This document shows, in pieces, positions 1 to 9,061 of a stretch of 46,326 nucleotides of DNA. The stretch lies in assembly GCA_045533175.1 (NCBI GenBank), contig JAZSHJ010000055.1, positions 1 to 46,326 of the forward strand, written 5' to 3'. A model generated the notes under the pieces. That model was given only the letters and a program-made list of their open reading frames with translations. It did not search any database and was not told the origin of the DNA. Position 1 is the first letter of the stretch. Each line of letters begins with the position of its first letter. Origin of the DNA: Acutalibacteraceae bacterium (GTDB taxonomy: Bacteria > Bacillota > Clostridia > Oscillospirales > Acutalibacteraceae). The position numbers and the translations under genes were made by a program.

Positions 1-44
1 CCCTTAGAGGGGTCAGCAAGTACTGACCCTTCTAGGGTCTGAGC

Positions 45-69
45 AAACCACTAGTTTACTAGTGGTTTT
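45..69 (+). terminator. Intrinsic terminator of the gene lying upstream of the window
   Basis: Perfect stem aaaccactagt / actagtggttt followed by a TTTT run. A second imperfect hairpin (ggggtcag...ctgaccc) sits at about 1-37. Confidence 0.5.
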
Positions 70-149
70 GATTGGTGCTTTAGCGTTGGTAAAGTATACC
101 CAATACACCTCGAAATGTTTTCGAATTGAAACGGGTGAATAAAAAACGC

Positions 150-179
150 TTGACACACCGAAGTAGGCTACTATATAAT
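150..179 (+). promoter_or_regulatory. Sigma-A type promoter for the dockerin beta-helix gene
   Basis: TTGACA at 150-155 and TATAAT at 174-179, with an 18-nt spacer, about 60 nt upstream of the ATG at 241. Confidence 0.5.
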
Positions 180-240
180 TATATATGTTACAACATAAGG
201 CATTGCTGCTGGATAGCTTTTTCAAGAAAGGAATACGTGT

Positions 241-3200
241 ATGAAAAGAGTTTTGGCGTTTTTGCTGTGTGTCTGTCTGCTTGTTCCGTTCGTGAGCGTG
301 ACGGGAATTACCGTTTTGGCAGAGGAGAAGGAAAAGGAGTATATCATTAAAGAGTTGCCCGCGTTTCAAGCCAATGTGACGGCAACCTTGACAGTCGGCG
401 GTGGAATGTGGACTTCGCCGAATGTTAAGTTTGAGCCGATTGATCTGACAAGATACGGCTACGATAAAGATCCCGCGTCGGTCGGTTTCCAAATGGATAC
501 GTTTGTGACGGGCGATCAAGCGTTCATGGAGTATATGAACAGCGGATATCTCGGCGGTCAGTTTGAGATCACCTCCAGCGGTGTTCCGGATGAAAACGAA
601 ATCATGGCGTGGCCGAATTCGTTGAGTTTCGGCGAAGGCGAATGGAAACGTATCGTTCTGCCGTTTTCTTTGTTCGCAGGCACGGGGTTTAACTCTGCCG
701 GGTTTAACTTTACCCGTCTTCATTTGATAGGACCTGAAAAAAGCGCACCGGACAAATATGCGGGCGCAACCGGTACGTTTAAGATCGCTAACCTCTGTGT
801 GGTGGACCTTACGGTAGCGGAAGAGGATCGCCCCACCGCCGAGGAGATGCCGCTTGGTGACGGCACGTTTGAACCGCACCCTCCCGTGTGGAAAGAGGTG
901 CAGTTTACCAAAGGGTATGACGACAGTACCAAGACTATAGCAGGCTACAACTTGAAAGAATACGTTTCGGATTACGAAGCGGAATTGATGGCGAAAGGGT
1001 TCGATTACAGAGACTACACCTCGGTGGTGAACTCGCTTCTGGAAGGGCTCAGCAATGCCGGTGGCGGCACGCTGTTCATTCCCGCGGGCAATTATCCGTT
1101 CTATGGCAACGTGCGTGTACCTGCCGGTGTTTCTATTATCGGCGAGTGGCTGAATCCCGACGATCATCCCGAAATCCGCGGCACGATTCTTGAAGTGTAC
1201 GGCGGGCGCGGAAGCACCGATGGCGCGGCGTTTATTTCGATGAGTGGCAGCAGCAAATTATCCAACTTCAACATTTGGTATCCCGAACAGACGGTGGAGA
1301 ACATTGCCATGTATCCGCCTTCGATCAGCACGGGCGGTTATACTTTCGTGCAAAACGTGACGTTGGTTAACTCCTACTTCGGTATTCAAAACGTGAATAC
1401 CGCCAATTCGCCGAACGCGTGGGATGTTTACGGAACACCGTTGAACATCGGTATTGATTTCGACCATGTTATTGATATTGCTCGTATTCAGAATATCCGT
1501 TTTGCGGCGAAATATTGGGAACGTTCGGGATTGCCCAATGCCCCGACTACGGATAAAGAGCGCGAAACATTGAAAAATCAGCTTTACGATTATGCGATCG
1601 GTATCATTCTGCGTCGTATCGACTGGTCGTATGCGGCGTTCTGCGACATCCGCGGTTATAACATGGCCTTGTTCTTTGACATATCGGCTGGCGGCGGATA
1701 TCCCAACGGTCAATGTACGGGATTTGAGATCAACGGCTGTAAATACGGTGTGTTTGCCCATGGCATCAGCGGCAATTCCGAAATGCTGACGGATTTTGTT
1801 ATTAAGAATTGCGAATACGGCATCTATCTCCCCGAAGGGGCTGACGGTGTTTTGCAGATGACCAATATGGATATCCAAGCCACTCAGGCGGCTGTTTTCC
1901 AAGCCAGCGCGGTGCGTATGAGCATGCATGCTTCCACCGTCCGCGGCGGTACGGTATCTTTGAAAGGCGGCAACAACATTCTTATCAACAACCGGTTGAT
2001 GACCACCCAACCGCAGGTTGTGATGGATTACGGCACGGTTTCCGCCGTGTTGCTCGGCAATACCGATTCTTATCATAAAGAGATCGTGTATGACAACATC
2101 GCGTTTTGTTCTTTGAAATATGAGGCAGAGAGAGCCGATATCGATGAGTATACTCCCGTTACCAAGGAGGAACTTGAAAAAGAGATCGGCCCTGCGGGGA
2201 ATGCGTCCATCCTTGCGGATGACATGGATACCACAGGGAACGCCGATGTGACCGAAGCGTTGCAAAAGCACCTGACAACCCTTGGTAAGCAGGGGGGCGG
2301 CACGCTGTTCTTGATTCCCGGTATTTATCGCGTGGACGGCACGTTGGACATTCCGAGTGGGGTGGAGTTGCGCGGTACGGGCGACTTCGGCGCACAGGCA
2401 AGGGCGAAAAACTCCATTATTATGGTGTATACGCCCATTGAAAAGGGAAAGACGCAGTACACCACAACCGCTACCGTTACGTTGGCGGAAAACAGCGGTG
2501 TGCGTGGTGTGATCTTCAACTATCCGATGCAAAACGCGACCTATCGTGTGGTGGATAAGGCGTATAATGCCGCAAAATCCAAGCAGGCAACCGAAGCGGC
2601 ACAGGCGGCGGAAAATAAGGCCGCGAAGGAAGAAGGGCGCGAACCGATCACGGTGGCACCGATCGATGTGTACGATGACTATTACGAGTTCGATTTCATT
2701 CCGTACCCCTTCCTGTTCCGCGGCACGGGTTCGGATATCTACATCGTGAACACCTCGGTGCGTAACGGTTGGAACAGCGTGGACTTCAAAACCTATCGTT
2801 GCGACAATCACTACATCGATTACGTGGCGGGGCATTTCTACAACCGCGGTTTCGTGGTGGGAAACGGTTCCACGGGCGGCATTATCCGCAACTATCAGTT
2901 GAACTACAACTCTATTCTCGAAGCACCCGGCAAATGGGCCGGTTTCGGCGGGTTTGAGAATTCGGGCGCACTCGGTTCTGCGTTCCATCAGCCGATGCAG
3001 GCACAGTTCAACAACAACTCCATCGTTCTGCAATTGGGCGATGTGAACGATCAGATCGTGCACAACTGCTTCAACTATGCGGGGTACATCGGTGTTCATC
3101 TGGTGGATGAAAACGGCCAAGCGGCCAACGCCCGCATTTTCGGCCATGGTGTGGACTACCAAACCGTCGGCATTAAGATCGAAGCGATGGAAGACGTGCA

Positions 3201-4527
3201 GTTTGCTGGATATCAGGCGTGCGCGTTCAACCAGGCCGGTTCGGATGACGCAACGGGACGTTGGGCTGTGAATCAAGCGACCGATCCCATTTATGACATT
3301 TGGTTGACCAAAACCTTCAACGGTGAGGTTACCCTTGCGAATATGGTTGAGTGGGGCCCGTCTGCCAATGCGGCGATCCGTGTGGACGGCGGCAAACTCA
3401 CGGTGGTCAACGCCACTATCAACCACGACAACACCAAGCGGTTCGAGATGAACAACGACGGTATTCTGTCGATGTATGCTTTGCAACTCGGTGGCAACTG
3501 GCAAGAGGAGCTGGCAAGTGAGAACCAAGATCAACTCTTCATCAAAGGCGGCTGTTACACGATTGAACCGCCCGCACAGGAGAAGATGGGAGATTTCTCC
3601 TATATGTTCCCGAACCGTACCCGTTGGTCGGTGCCGCAAAACGTGAGCTTTACCGAAGATTCCGAACTGATGGCGACCGAAGCGTTTGACGGTTACGCTT
3701 TTTCGAGCACTTCCGACTATCGCGTGCAGGATGCAACGAACGCGAACGTTCGTCGCGGCGAAGTGCGTCTGCGTCAGAACGCCATGCAATTTATGCAGGG
3801 GTTGACAGCGGGACAGAACGCCAAAGAAAAGACGCCGTTTGAATTGACAGCGGGTACAAAGAAAGATCTGTATCGTTTGGAATGGCGCTTTAAAGTGGAT
3901 TCAATGCGGGATGTTGAGTTGAGCGAGATCACCCTCTACATCTCCGCGATCAATCAATCCGTGCGGAACGAGGAGATCATCACCATTGATAAGACCGGTG
4001 GTGTTTACCTGAAAGACAATTCCAAGTTGGCAGATATTACGTTTGGTACGTATTATCGTTTGGCGGTAGAATACGATGCGCGCAACAAGGATGCCAAAAC
4101 CGTGCGTGTGTATCTGTTGGATGACGACAGCGCCGTTGTGGCAAGCGGGAACACCGCGACCTTGCCCGCATCGTTCCAGGGCGAAATCAACGTGTCCGGT
4201 TTCTGGGTTATGTTGATGGCAGATACCGACGATGCGATCGAAACGGAAACCGATATGTATATCGATTACTTCTATGCTTCGCGCAGCGAAACAAGCACCA
4301 TCGGCCGTAACACGGACGGCGACATTGCTTGGGGTGACGTGAATGCCGATAATAAGATTGATTCTACCGACGCGCGCTTGGTGTTGCAGTATGCGGTGGG
4401 TAAGGTTACCTCCCTTGCCAACCAAGCGGCCGCCGATGTGAACGGCGATAACAAGATCGATTCCACCGATGCGCGACTTATATTACAATATGCTGTTGGG
4501 AAAATCACAAAATTCTCTAATTCATAA
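241..4527 (+). CDS. Secreted multidomain double right-handed beta-helix protein (Pectate_lyase_3 / GH55-like glycosidase candidate) with a C-terminal dockerin
   Basis: N-terminal signal peptide (MKRVLAFLLCVCLLVPFVSVTG). Two copies of the beta-helix entry motif are present (GGGTLFIPAGNYPF and GGGTLFLIPGIYRV). A roughly 350-aa beta-sandwich-like region follows, then two dockerin Ca-binding repeats. The frame is open for 1428 aa. Confidence 0.85.
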   Translation: MKRVLAFLLCVCLLVPFVSVTGITVLAEEKEKEYIIKELPAFQANVTATLTVGGGMWTSPNVKFEPIDLTRYGYDKDPASVGFQMDTFVTGDQAFMEYMNSGYLGGQFEITSSGVPDENEIMAWPNSLSFGEGEWKRIVLPFSLFAGTGFNSAGFNFTRLHLIGPEKSAPDKYAGATGTFKIANLCVVDLTVAEEDRPTAEEMPLGDGTFEPHPPVWKEVQFTKGYDDSTKTIAGYNLKEYVSDYEAELMAKGFDYRDYTSVVNSLLEGLSNAGGGTLFIPAGNYPFYGNVRVPAGVSIIGEWLNPDDHPEIRGTILEVYGGRGSTDGAAFISMSGSSKLSNFNIWYPEQTVENIAMYPPSISTGGYTFVQNVTLVNSYFGIQNVNTANSPNAWDVYGTPLNIGIDFDHVIDIARIQNIRFAAKYWERSGLPNAPTTDKERETLKNQLYDYAIGIILRRIDWSYAAFCDIRGYNMALFFDISAGGGYPNGQCTGFEINGCKYGVFAHGISGNSEMLTDFVIKNCEYGIYLPEGADGVLQMTNMDIQATQAAVFQASAVRMSMHASTVRGGTVSLKGGNNILINNRLMTTQPQVVMDYGTVSAVLLGNTDSYHKEIVYDNIAFCSLKYEAERADIDEYTPVTKEELEKEIGPAGNASILADDMDTTGNADVTEALQKHLTTLGKQGGGTLFLIPGIYRVDGTLDIPSGVELRGTGDFGAQARAKNSIIMVYTPIEKGKTQYTTTATVTLAENSGVRGVIFNYPMQNATYRVVDKAYNAAKSKQATEAAQAAENKAAKEEGREPITVAPIDVYDDYYEFDFIPYPFLFRGTGSDIYIVNTSVRNGWNSVDFKTYRCDNHYIDYVAGHFYNRGFVVGNGSTGGIIRNYQLNYNSILEAPGKWAGFGGFENSGALGSAFHQPMQAQFNNNSIVLQLGDVNDQIVHNCFNYAGYIGVHLVDENGQAANARIFGHGVDYQTVGIKIEAMEDVQFAGYQACAFNQAGSDDATGRWAVNQATDPIYDIWLTKTFNGEVTLANMVEWGPSANAAIRVDGGKLTVVNATINHDNTKRFEMNNDGILSMYALQLGGNWQEELASENQDQLFIKGGCYTIEPPAQEKMGDFSYMFPNRTRWSVPQNVSFTEDSELMATEAFDGYAFSSTSDYRVQDATNANVRRGEVRLRQNAMQFMQGLTAGQNAKEKTPFELTAGTKKDLYRLEWRFKVDSMRDVELSEITLYISAINQSVRNEEIITIDKTGGVYLKDNSKLADITFGTYYRLAVEYDARNKDAKTVRVYLLDDDSAVVASGNTATLPASFQGEINVSGFWVMLMADTDDAIETETDMYIDYFYASRSETSTIGRNTDGDIAWGDVNADNKIDSTDARLVLQYAVGKVTSLANQAAADVNGDNKIDSTDARLILQYAVGKITKFSNS
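4333..4506 (+). other. Type I dockerin module (two 22-aa EF-hand-like repeats)
   Basis: GDVNADNKIDSTDARLVLQYAVGK and DVNGDNKIDSTDARLILQYAVGK, separated by a short linker. This is the classic dockerin duplicated segment. Confidence 0.9.
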
Positions 4528-4533
4528 ACGAGC

Positions 4534-4566
4534 AAAAAAACCGAGACCGAAATCTCGGTTTTTTTG
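4534..4566 (+). terminator. Intrinsic terminator after the dockerin gene
   Basis: aaaaaaaccgaga-ccgaaa-tctcggttttttt is a GC stem flanked by A and T runs. Confidence 0.8.
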
Positions 4567-4597
4567 TTGCTTTTCGGAGGATTTTTTTGTTTTTGTG

Positions 4598-4626
4598 TTG
4601 CGGTTGCGGTTCATATCTGTTATAAT
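4598..4626 (+). promoter_or_regulatory. Sigma-A promoter of the thyX operon
   Basis: TTGCGG, a 17-nt spacer, then TATAAT preceded by TGt (extended -10), about 40 nt upstream of thyX. Confidence 0.5.
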
Positions 4627-4664
4627 AAGCTAAATATAGCATTATGTATCTTTGAATACAAGGA

Positions 4665-5438
4665 GTGGTTAGCATGAAGGTGAAATTGATCACCCATACC
4701 CCGAACCCCGAACAGACCATTGCTGTGGCGGCGCGGCTTTGCTATTCTCCCGCGACGATCGACGAAGTGAGTGAAATGCTCACCCCTGAAAAGGCGGCCA
4801 AATTTGTGGAGATGCTGGGCGATCTGGGACACGACAGTCCTGTCGAACACGTTACCTTTACATTCGGCATTGAAGAAGTTTCGCGCTCGTTGCTGGCGGA
4901 AATTACGCGCCATCGCATTGCGTCGTTCAGCGTGCAAAGCCAGCGTTACGTGGCAGAAAACAATTTTTCTTACGTAACCCCGCCCGCCATCGCGGATATT
5001 CCCGAAGCGGCAGAGGAGTTCCAACGTGCTATGGCAGAGGATCAGGCACATTACGAGCGTTTGGCGGATATGTTGCGTGTCAAACATCAAGCCGCGTTTG
5101 AAGCGGAGGGCATGACGCCCGAAGCGGCGGCCAAAGCCGCGGAAAAGCGGGCGATTGAAGATGCGCGCTTCGTGCTTCCCAATGCCTGTACCACCAAGAT
5201 CATTATGACGATGAATGTGCGCAGTTTGCGTAATTTCTTCCACCTGCGTTGCTGCAACCGCGCGCAATGGGAGATTCGCGCCCTGGCGACCGAAATGCTT
5301 CGCCTGTGTTATGAAGCGGCGCCGCATCTGTTTGCAAAATCCGGCCCTTCCTGCGTGAGTGGTCCGTGTCCCGAAGGGAAAATGTGCTGTGGCAAAACGG
5401 CCGAAGTGCGTGCCGCCTTTGCCGCGCTGAAGGAGTGA
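4665..5438 (+). CDS. thyX: Flavin-dependent thymidylate synthase ThyX
   Basis: ThyX signature RHRIASFSVQSQR (RHRxxSxxxxSxR). AAGGAG ribosome-binding site 8 nt upstream. Confidence 0.93.
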   Translation: MVSMKVKLITHTPNPEQTIAVAARLCYSPATIDEVSEMLTPEKAAKFVEMLGDLGHDSPVEHVTFTFGIEEVSRSLLAEITRHRIASFSVQSQRYVAENNFSYVTPPAIADIPEAAEEFQRAMAEDQAHYERLADMLRVKHQAAFEAEGMTPEAAAKAAEKRAIEDARFVLPNACTTKIIMTMNVRSLRNFFHLRCCNRAQWEIRALATEMLRLCYEAAPHLFAKSGPSCVSGPCPEGKMCCGKTAEVRAAFAALKE

Positions 5439-5442
5439 GCAT

Positions 5443-6111
5443 ATGGGACGCCTGATCGTGGTGGATGGTCTGGACGGGTGCGGAAAAAGCACGCAGCTTG
5501 AACGGCTGGATGCGTATTTCCGTCAAAGCGGGATACCCTACAAACAAATCTCGTTTCCGGATTATCAGAATCCTTCCTCGGCATTGGTAAAACTGTATTT
5601 GGAAGGCAGTTTGGGCAAGAACCCTTCGGATGTCAACGCCTATGCGTCTTCGTCGTTTTATGCCGTGGATCGTTATGCCAGTTTTAAACAGTTCTGGCAA
5701 ACGGAATATGAACGCGGAGATCTGATCGTGGCGGCACGTTACGTGACCTCCAATGCGATCCACCAGATGTCCAAGTTGCCCCGTGAGGAGTGGGATGCGT
5801 ATCTTGCGTGGTTGCAGGAGTTTGAGTATGACCGCTTGGGGTTGCCGCGCCCGAACAGCGTGGTGTTTTTGGATATGCCGCCGGAAGTAGCGGATAAGTT
5901 GGTTATGTCCCGTTATGCGGGAGATGCCGCCAAAAAGGATATTCACGAACGGGATGCCGCCTACCTTGCGGCTTGTCGTCCCGCGGCTTTGTATGTGGCC
6001 GAGCGATGGGGATGGCACGTGATTTCTTGCGCCACCGACGGTGAACCGCGAAACATCGAAGATATTACAGCGGATATTCTGACCGCCGTTAAAGGAGATA
6101 TTGCGCTTTGA
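5443..6111 (+). CDS. tmk: dTMP (thymidylate) kinase
   Basis: P-loop VDGLDGCGKSTQ, a length of about 220 aa, and position immediately after thyX. Confidence 0.9.
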   Translation: MGRLIVVDGLDGCGKSTQLERLDAYFRQSGIPYKQISFPDYQNPSSALVKLYLEGSLGKNPSDVNAYASSSFYAVDRYASFKQFWQTEYERGDLIVAARYVTSNAIHQMSKLPREEWDAYLAWLQEFEYDRLGLPRPNSVVFLDMPPEVADKLVMSRYAGDAAKKDIHERDAAYLAACRPAALYVAERWGWHVISCATDGEPRNIEDITADILTAVKGDIAL

Positions 6112-7004
6112 GTGTCGACCTTTCGTTTCACGCCCCCACTTACGAAGATGCCGCGTGGTGTATGCCGCTGCTGAAAGAGGCTCCGTCGCGTTGCTGTGAA
6201 TACAGCTTTGCCAATATGATGGCGTGGCGGGAACACTTTGATACGCAAGTCGCGTTGGTGGAAGGGTGCGTTGTGGTGCGTTTCGGCGGGGATTTCCCGC
6301 ATTATCTGGCACCCGCGGGAACAAACACCGCGCAAGCGTTGCGGGCCTTGTATGAGCATTCTCGTGCCAACGGCGAACCGCTGTATGTGTTCGGTTATGG
6401 GGATGAGGATATCGACCGCCTGTCGGCAGAATATACCGTCATTTCACGCGAAGAATATCGTGATGAATTTGATTATCTTTACCGCACGGAAGATCTTGCA
6501 TCCCTTTCGGGACGAAGTTACCATGCAAAACGCAATCATATTGCGGCCTTTTCGCGGGAACATGCGTGGACGTATGAAGAACTGCGGGACGACAACGCGG
6601 CGGACGTGGCTTGGGCGGCGGATGCGTGGTATTGTAACCGAACCGAAGCGTTTGGCGATCCCGACGGTGCGTTGCAGGCGGAAAACGAAGCGATCCGAGA
6701 GTTGTTGTTACACCGACACGAAGTGGAGTTGGTTGGTGGGTTGATTCGGGTAAACGGTGTTGTTGCGGCGTTTACGTTCGGTGCGCCGCTTGGGGGCGAT
6801 ACGTTTGATACGTTAGTGGAAAAGGCGCTGACAGGCTATGAAAAGGCGTATGCGGTGATCAATCGGGAGTTTGCACGGCACACCGTTGCACAATACACTT
6901 ACATTAACCGTGAAAATGATGTAGGGGCGGAAGGTTTACGACGTGCCAAACTGTCGTATCATCCCGCGGCGCTTGTCAAAAAGATTTTATGTGCGCTTAA
7001 ATGA
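6108..7004 (+). CDS. DUF2156 family protein (MprF C-terminal-like, double acyltransferase fold)
   Basis: YHAKRNHIAAF-type motif and overall layout recalled from standalone DUF2156 proteins. The TTG start overlaps the tmk stop (TTGA). Confidence 0.65.
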   Translation: MSVDLSFHAPTYEDAAWCMPLLKEAPSRCCEYSFANMMAWREHFDTQVALVEGCVVVRFGGDFPHYLAPAGTNTAQALRALYEHSRANGEPLYVFGYGDEDIDRLSAEYTVISREEYRDEFDYLYRTEDLASLSGRSYHAKRNHIAAFSREHAWTYEELRDDNAADVAWAADAWYCNRTEAFGDPDGALQAENEAIRELLLHRHEVELVGGLIRVNGVVAAFTFGAPLGGDTFDTLVEKALTGYEKAYAVINREFARHTVAQYTYINRENDVGAEGLRRAKLSYHPAALVKKILCALK

Positions 7005-7021
7005 TAAAGGAGGCGGTGCCC

Positions 7022-7858
7022 GTGATGCGGTTTGTGTGGGCGGATAACCGCCATACGCAGGATATATTGTCGTTGTGGAAACAAGGGTTTCCCGATGATA
7101 CCGAAGAGGATATTCACGAGTTTTTGAAAGCGCTTCGCGGAGAGGCTCGGTGCTTGCTTTTGCAACAGGACGGCGAAACACAAAGCATGGCGTTTGTGAT
7201 TCCTGCCGCATTGATGCACGGCGGCACGTCATGCTCCGTGTGGTACGTGTATGCGGCAGTTACCGCTACAAAATCCCGTGGAAAAGGGTGTTTCCCTGTT
7301 CTTTTGGAAGAAATTGTCCGCTGTGCGCGGGATGCCGATGTGTGGGGATTGTTTTTACGCCCCGGAGAACCGTCACTTTTTGATTATTACAGAAGGCTCG
7401 GGTTTCACTCTGCGTTTTCTGTTGAATCTTTTAGCTGTAAAGCAAAAGAACTTTTCACGGAAGATATCGATTTGACGTGGCAAAAGGTGACGGATAACTA
7501 TGCGGTGTGTCGGCGGTATTGGCTTTCGATGTGCGGTATACCGCACGTTTTATGGTCGGATCGTGTAACCGACTATGCGGTGAAACATTTGGAAAAAGGC
7601 GGTATGGTGGTTTCGACAAAGGGAATGGCCATGTATCGGTGTGGCGACGATAAACTTACCGTTACCGAACTGCTTTGCAAACCACAGGACAGAGAAACGG
7701 TGTTGGCTTCTCTGGCAAGGTGTTTCGCTTGTCAGAAGTTGGATGTTGTCACACCGTCCCTTTCGGGCGAAAACGAACAGGAATACGGGATGTTTCGTGC
7801 CGTAAAAGCAATAGATACCGCAAACAGCGGTTGGTATATGGGTTTTTCATTGGAATAA
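7022..7858 (+). CDS. GNAT family N-acetyltransferase with a C-terminal extension
   Basis: Acetyl-CoA motif A-like KSRGKGCFPVLLEE. AAGGAGG at 7007-7013 favours the GTG at 7022 or the ATG at 7025. The open frame begins at 7001 and overlaps the upstream stop. Confidence 0.6.
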   Translation: MMRFVWADNRHTQDILSLWKQGFPDDTEEDIHEFLKALRGEARCLLLQQDGETQSMAFVIPAALMHGGTSCSVWYVYAAVTATKSRGKGCFPVLLEEIVRCARDADVWGLFLRPGEPSLFDYYRRLGFHSAFSVESFSCKAKELFTEDIDLTWQKVTDNYAVCRRYWLSMCGIPHVLWSDRVTDYAVKHLEKGGMVVSTKGMAMYRCGDDKLTVTELLCKPQDRETVLASLARCFACQKLDVVTPSLSGENEQEYGMFRAVKAIDTANSGWYMGFSLE

Positions 7859-7875
7859 AAGAAGGTGCATACACT

Positions 7876-8415
7876 ATGGTATATGTTTTTTTGGCCGACG
7901 GATTTGAAGAGATCGAGGCTTTGGCGCCGATCGATATTCTGCGCCGTGCAGGACTTTCGGTGCAAACGGTGGGTATCGGTGGCCGTGAGGTAACGGGTTC
8001 GCACGGAGTTGTGTTCGTGGCGGATATTACCGAAGAAGCGTTCACGCCGGACGATATGGAAGCGGTGATTTTGCCGGGCGGCATGCCGGGTACTAAGAAT
8101 CTGGAGGCATCCCGTACGGTATCGGCAGCATTAGACTGTGCCGTGCGTGAAAGTGTTGTGATCGCGGCGATTTGTGCCGCACCGTCGATCTTGGGGCACA
8201 AGAGGTTGTTGCGAGGCAAACGGGCCACTTGCTATCCGGGTTTTGAAGGCGAATTACACGAAGCACAACCCACGGGCGCATCGGTAGAGATCGACGGGCG
8301 CATCGTTACTGCGCGCGGTGCGGGTGCGGCGGTAGATTTCGGCCTGGCGTTGGTTTCTGTGCTTCGTTCACAAGAGGAAGCCGAACACCTTCGGGAGGTG
8401 TTACAATGCCCGTAG
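7876..8415 (+). CDS. DJ-1/PfpI (ThiJ/YajL) family protein
   Basis: MVYVFLADGFEEIEA start, nucleophile elbow AAICAAPS, length about 180 aa. The ATG at 7876 was chosen over the longer ORF beginning at 7675. Confidence 0.85.
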   Translation: MVYVFLADGFEEIEALAPIDILRRAGLSVQTVGIGGREVTGSHGVVFVADITEEAFTPDDMEAVILPGGMPGTKNLEASRTVSAALDCAVRESVVIAAICAAPSILGHKRLLRGKRATCYPGFEGELHEAQPTGASVEIDGRIVTARGAGAAVDFGLALVSVLRSQEEAEHLREVLQCP

Positions 8416-9023
8416 CGGATATTCGCCCGATCAAAGAGGGGCTTCGTCAAAAGTATAAGCAACAACGTGCAGCCATGCCGCCTGCAGAAAAGGCGCAGAT
8501 CGATGAAACGATCGCCGCCAGAGTGGCTTCGCTTTGGCAGTATCAGCGGTGTCGGTTGTTGTTGATTTACGTATCCACCAAGATCGAGGTGGACACCTTC
8601 CGCATTATTGAGCGCGCGTTGGCCGAAGGAAAGACCGTGGCTGTGCCGCGGTGTGTGCCCGGTACACGCCAGATGGAGTTCTATCGCATCGACAGTATTG
8701 CGGAGCTGGAACCGGGTACGTTCGGTGTGTTGGAACCGGTGCCCGATAAGGAAAAGTTGATTGAGAACTTCGCGGACAGTTTATGTGTGGTTCCCGCTTT
8801 GAGCTATGACTGGAACGGGTTCCGTTTGGGATATGGAAAGGGGTATTACGATCGCTTTTTGTCCAAATACGACGGCGTGATGATCGGTATTTGTTACAGC
8901 GATTGTGTGCAACGTAAATTGCCGCACGGACGGTTTGATCGTCCCGTGGAATTGTTGGTTACCGAACGGTATTTGCGCCGTACCGCCGCGCACCGTCCGC
9001 GGGAAACGTACGGTAAACGCTGA
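8406..9023 (+). CDS. 5-formyltetrahydrofolate cyclo-ligase
   Basis: C-terminal GYGKGYYDRFL motif, length about 200 aa, GGAGG ribosome-binding site 7 nt upstream. Confidence 0.85.
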   Translation: MPVADIRPIKEGLRQKYKQQRAAMPPAEKAQIDETIAARVASLWQYQRCRLLLIYVSTKIEVDTFRIIERALAEGKTVAVPRCVPGTRQMEFYRIDSIAELEPGTFGVLEPVPDKEKLIENFADSLCVVPALSYDWNGFRLGYGKGYYDRFLSKYDGVMIGICYSDCVQRKLPHGRFDRPVELLVTERYLRRTAAHRPRETYGKR

Positions 9024-9061
9024 ATGGAATTTGTTGATATTACCGAAGGAGGTGGCGTAAT

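Noticed and set aside
1258-3789. An 843-aa ORF on the minus strand, together with the 384-aa ORF at 13-1167
   Set aside because: Both are antisense to the 1428-aa beta-helix gene, which has a signal peptide, recognisable domains and a dockerin. The antisense translations are Arg/His/Val-rich with no motifs, which is typical of shadow ORFs opposite genes with strong codon bias.
5203-6324. Long antisense or alternate-frame ORFs at 5203-6324, 9446-10693, 15765-16946, 18512-19492, 24417-25409, 31677-32264, 32975-33880, 34914-35576 and 37225-37809
   Set aside because: Each lies opposite or out of frame with a gene that has clear family motifs (tmk, mltG, the G3E partner, potA, the beta-helix paralog, oadB, pcrA, the Cys-rich gene, the recombinase). 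None has a ribosome-binding site or recognisable domains.
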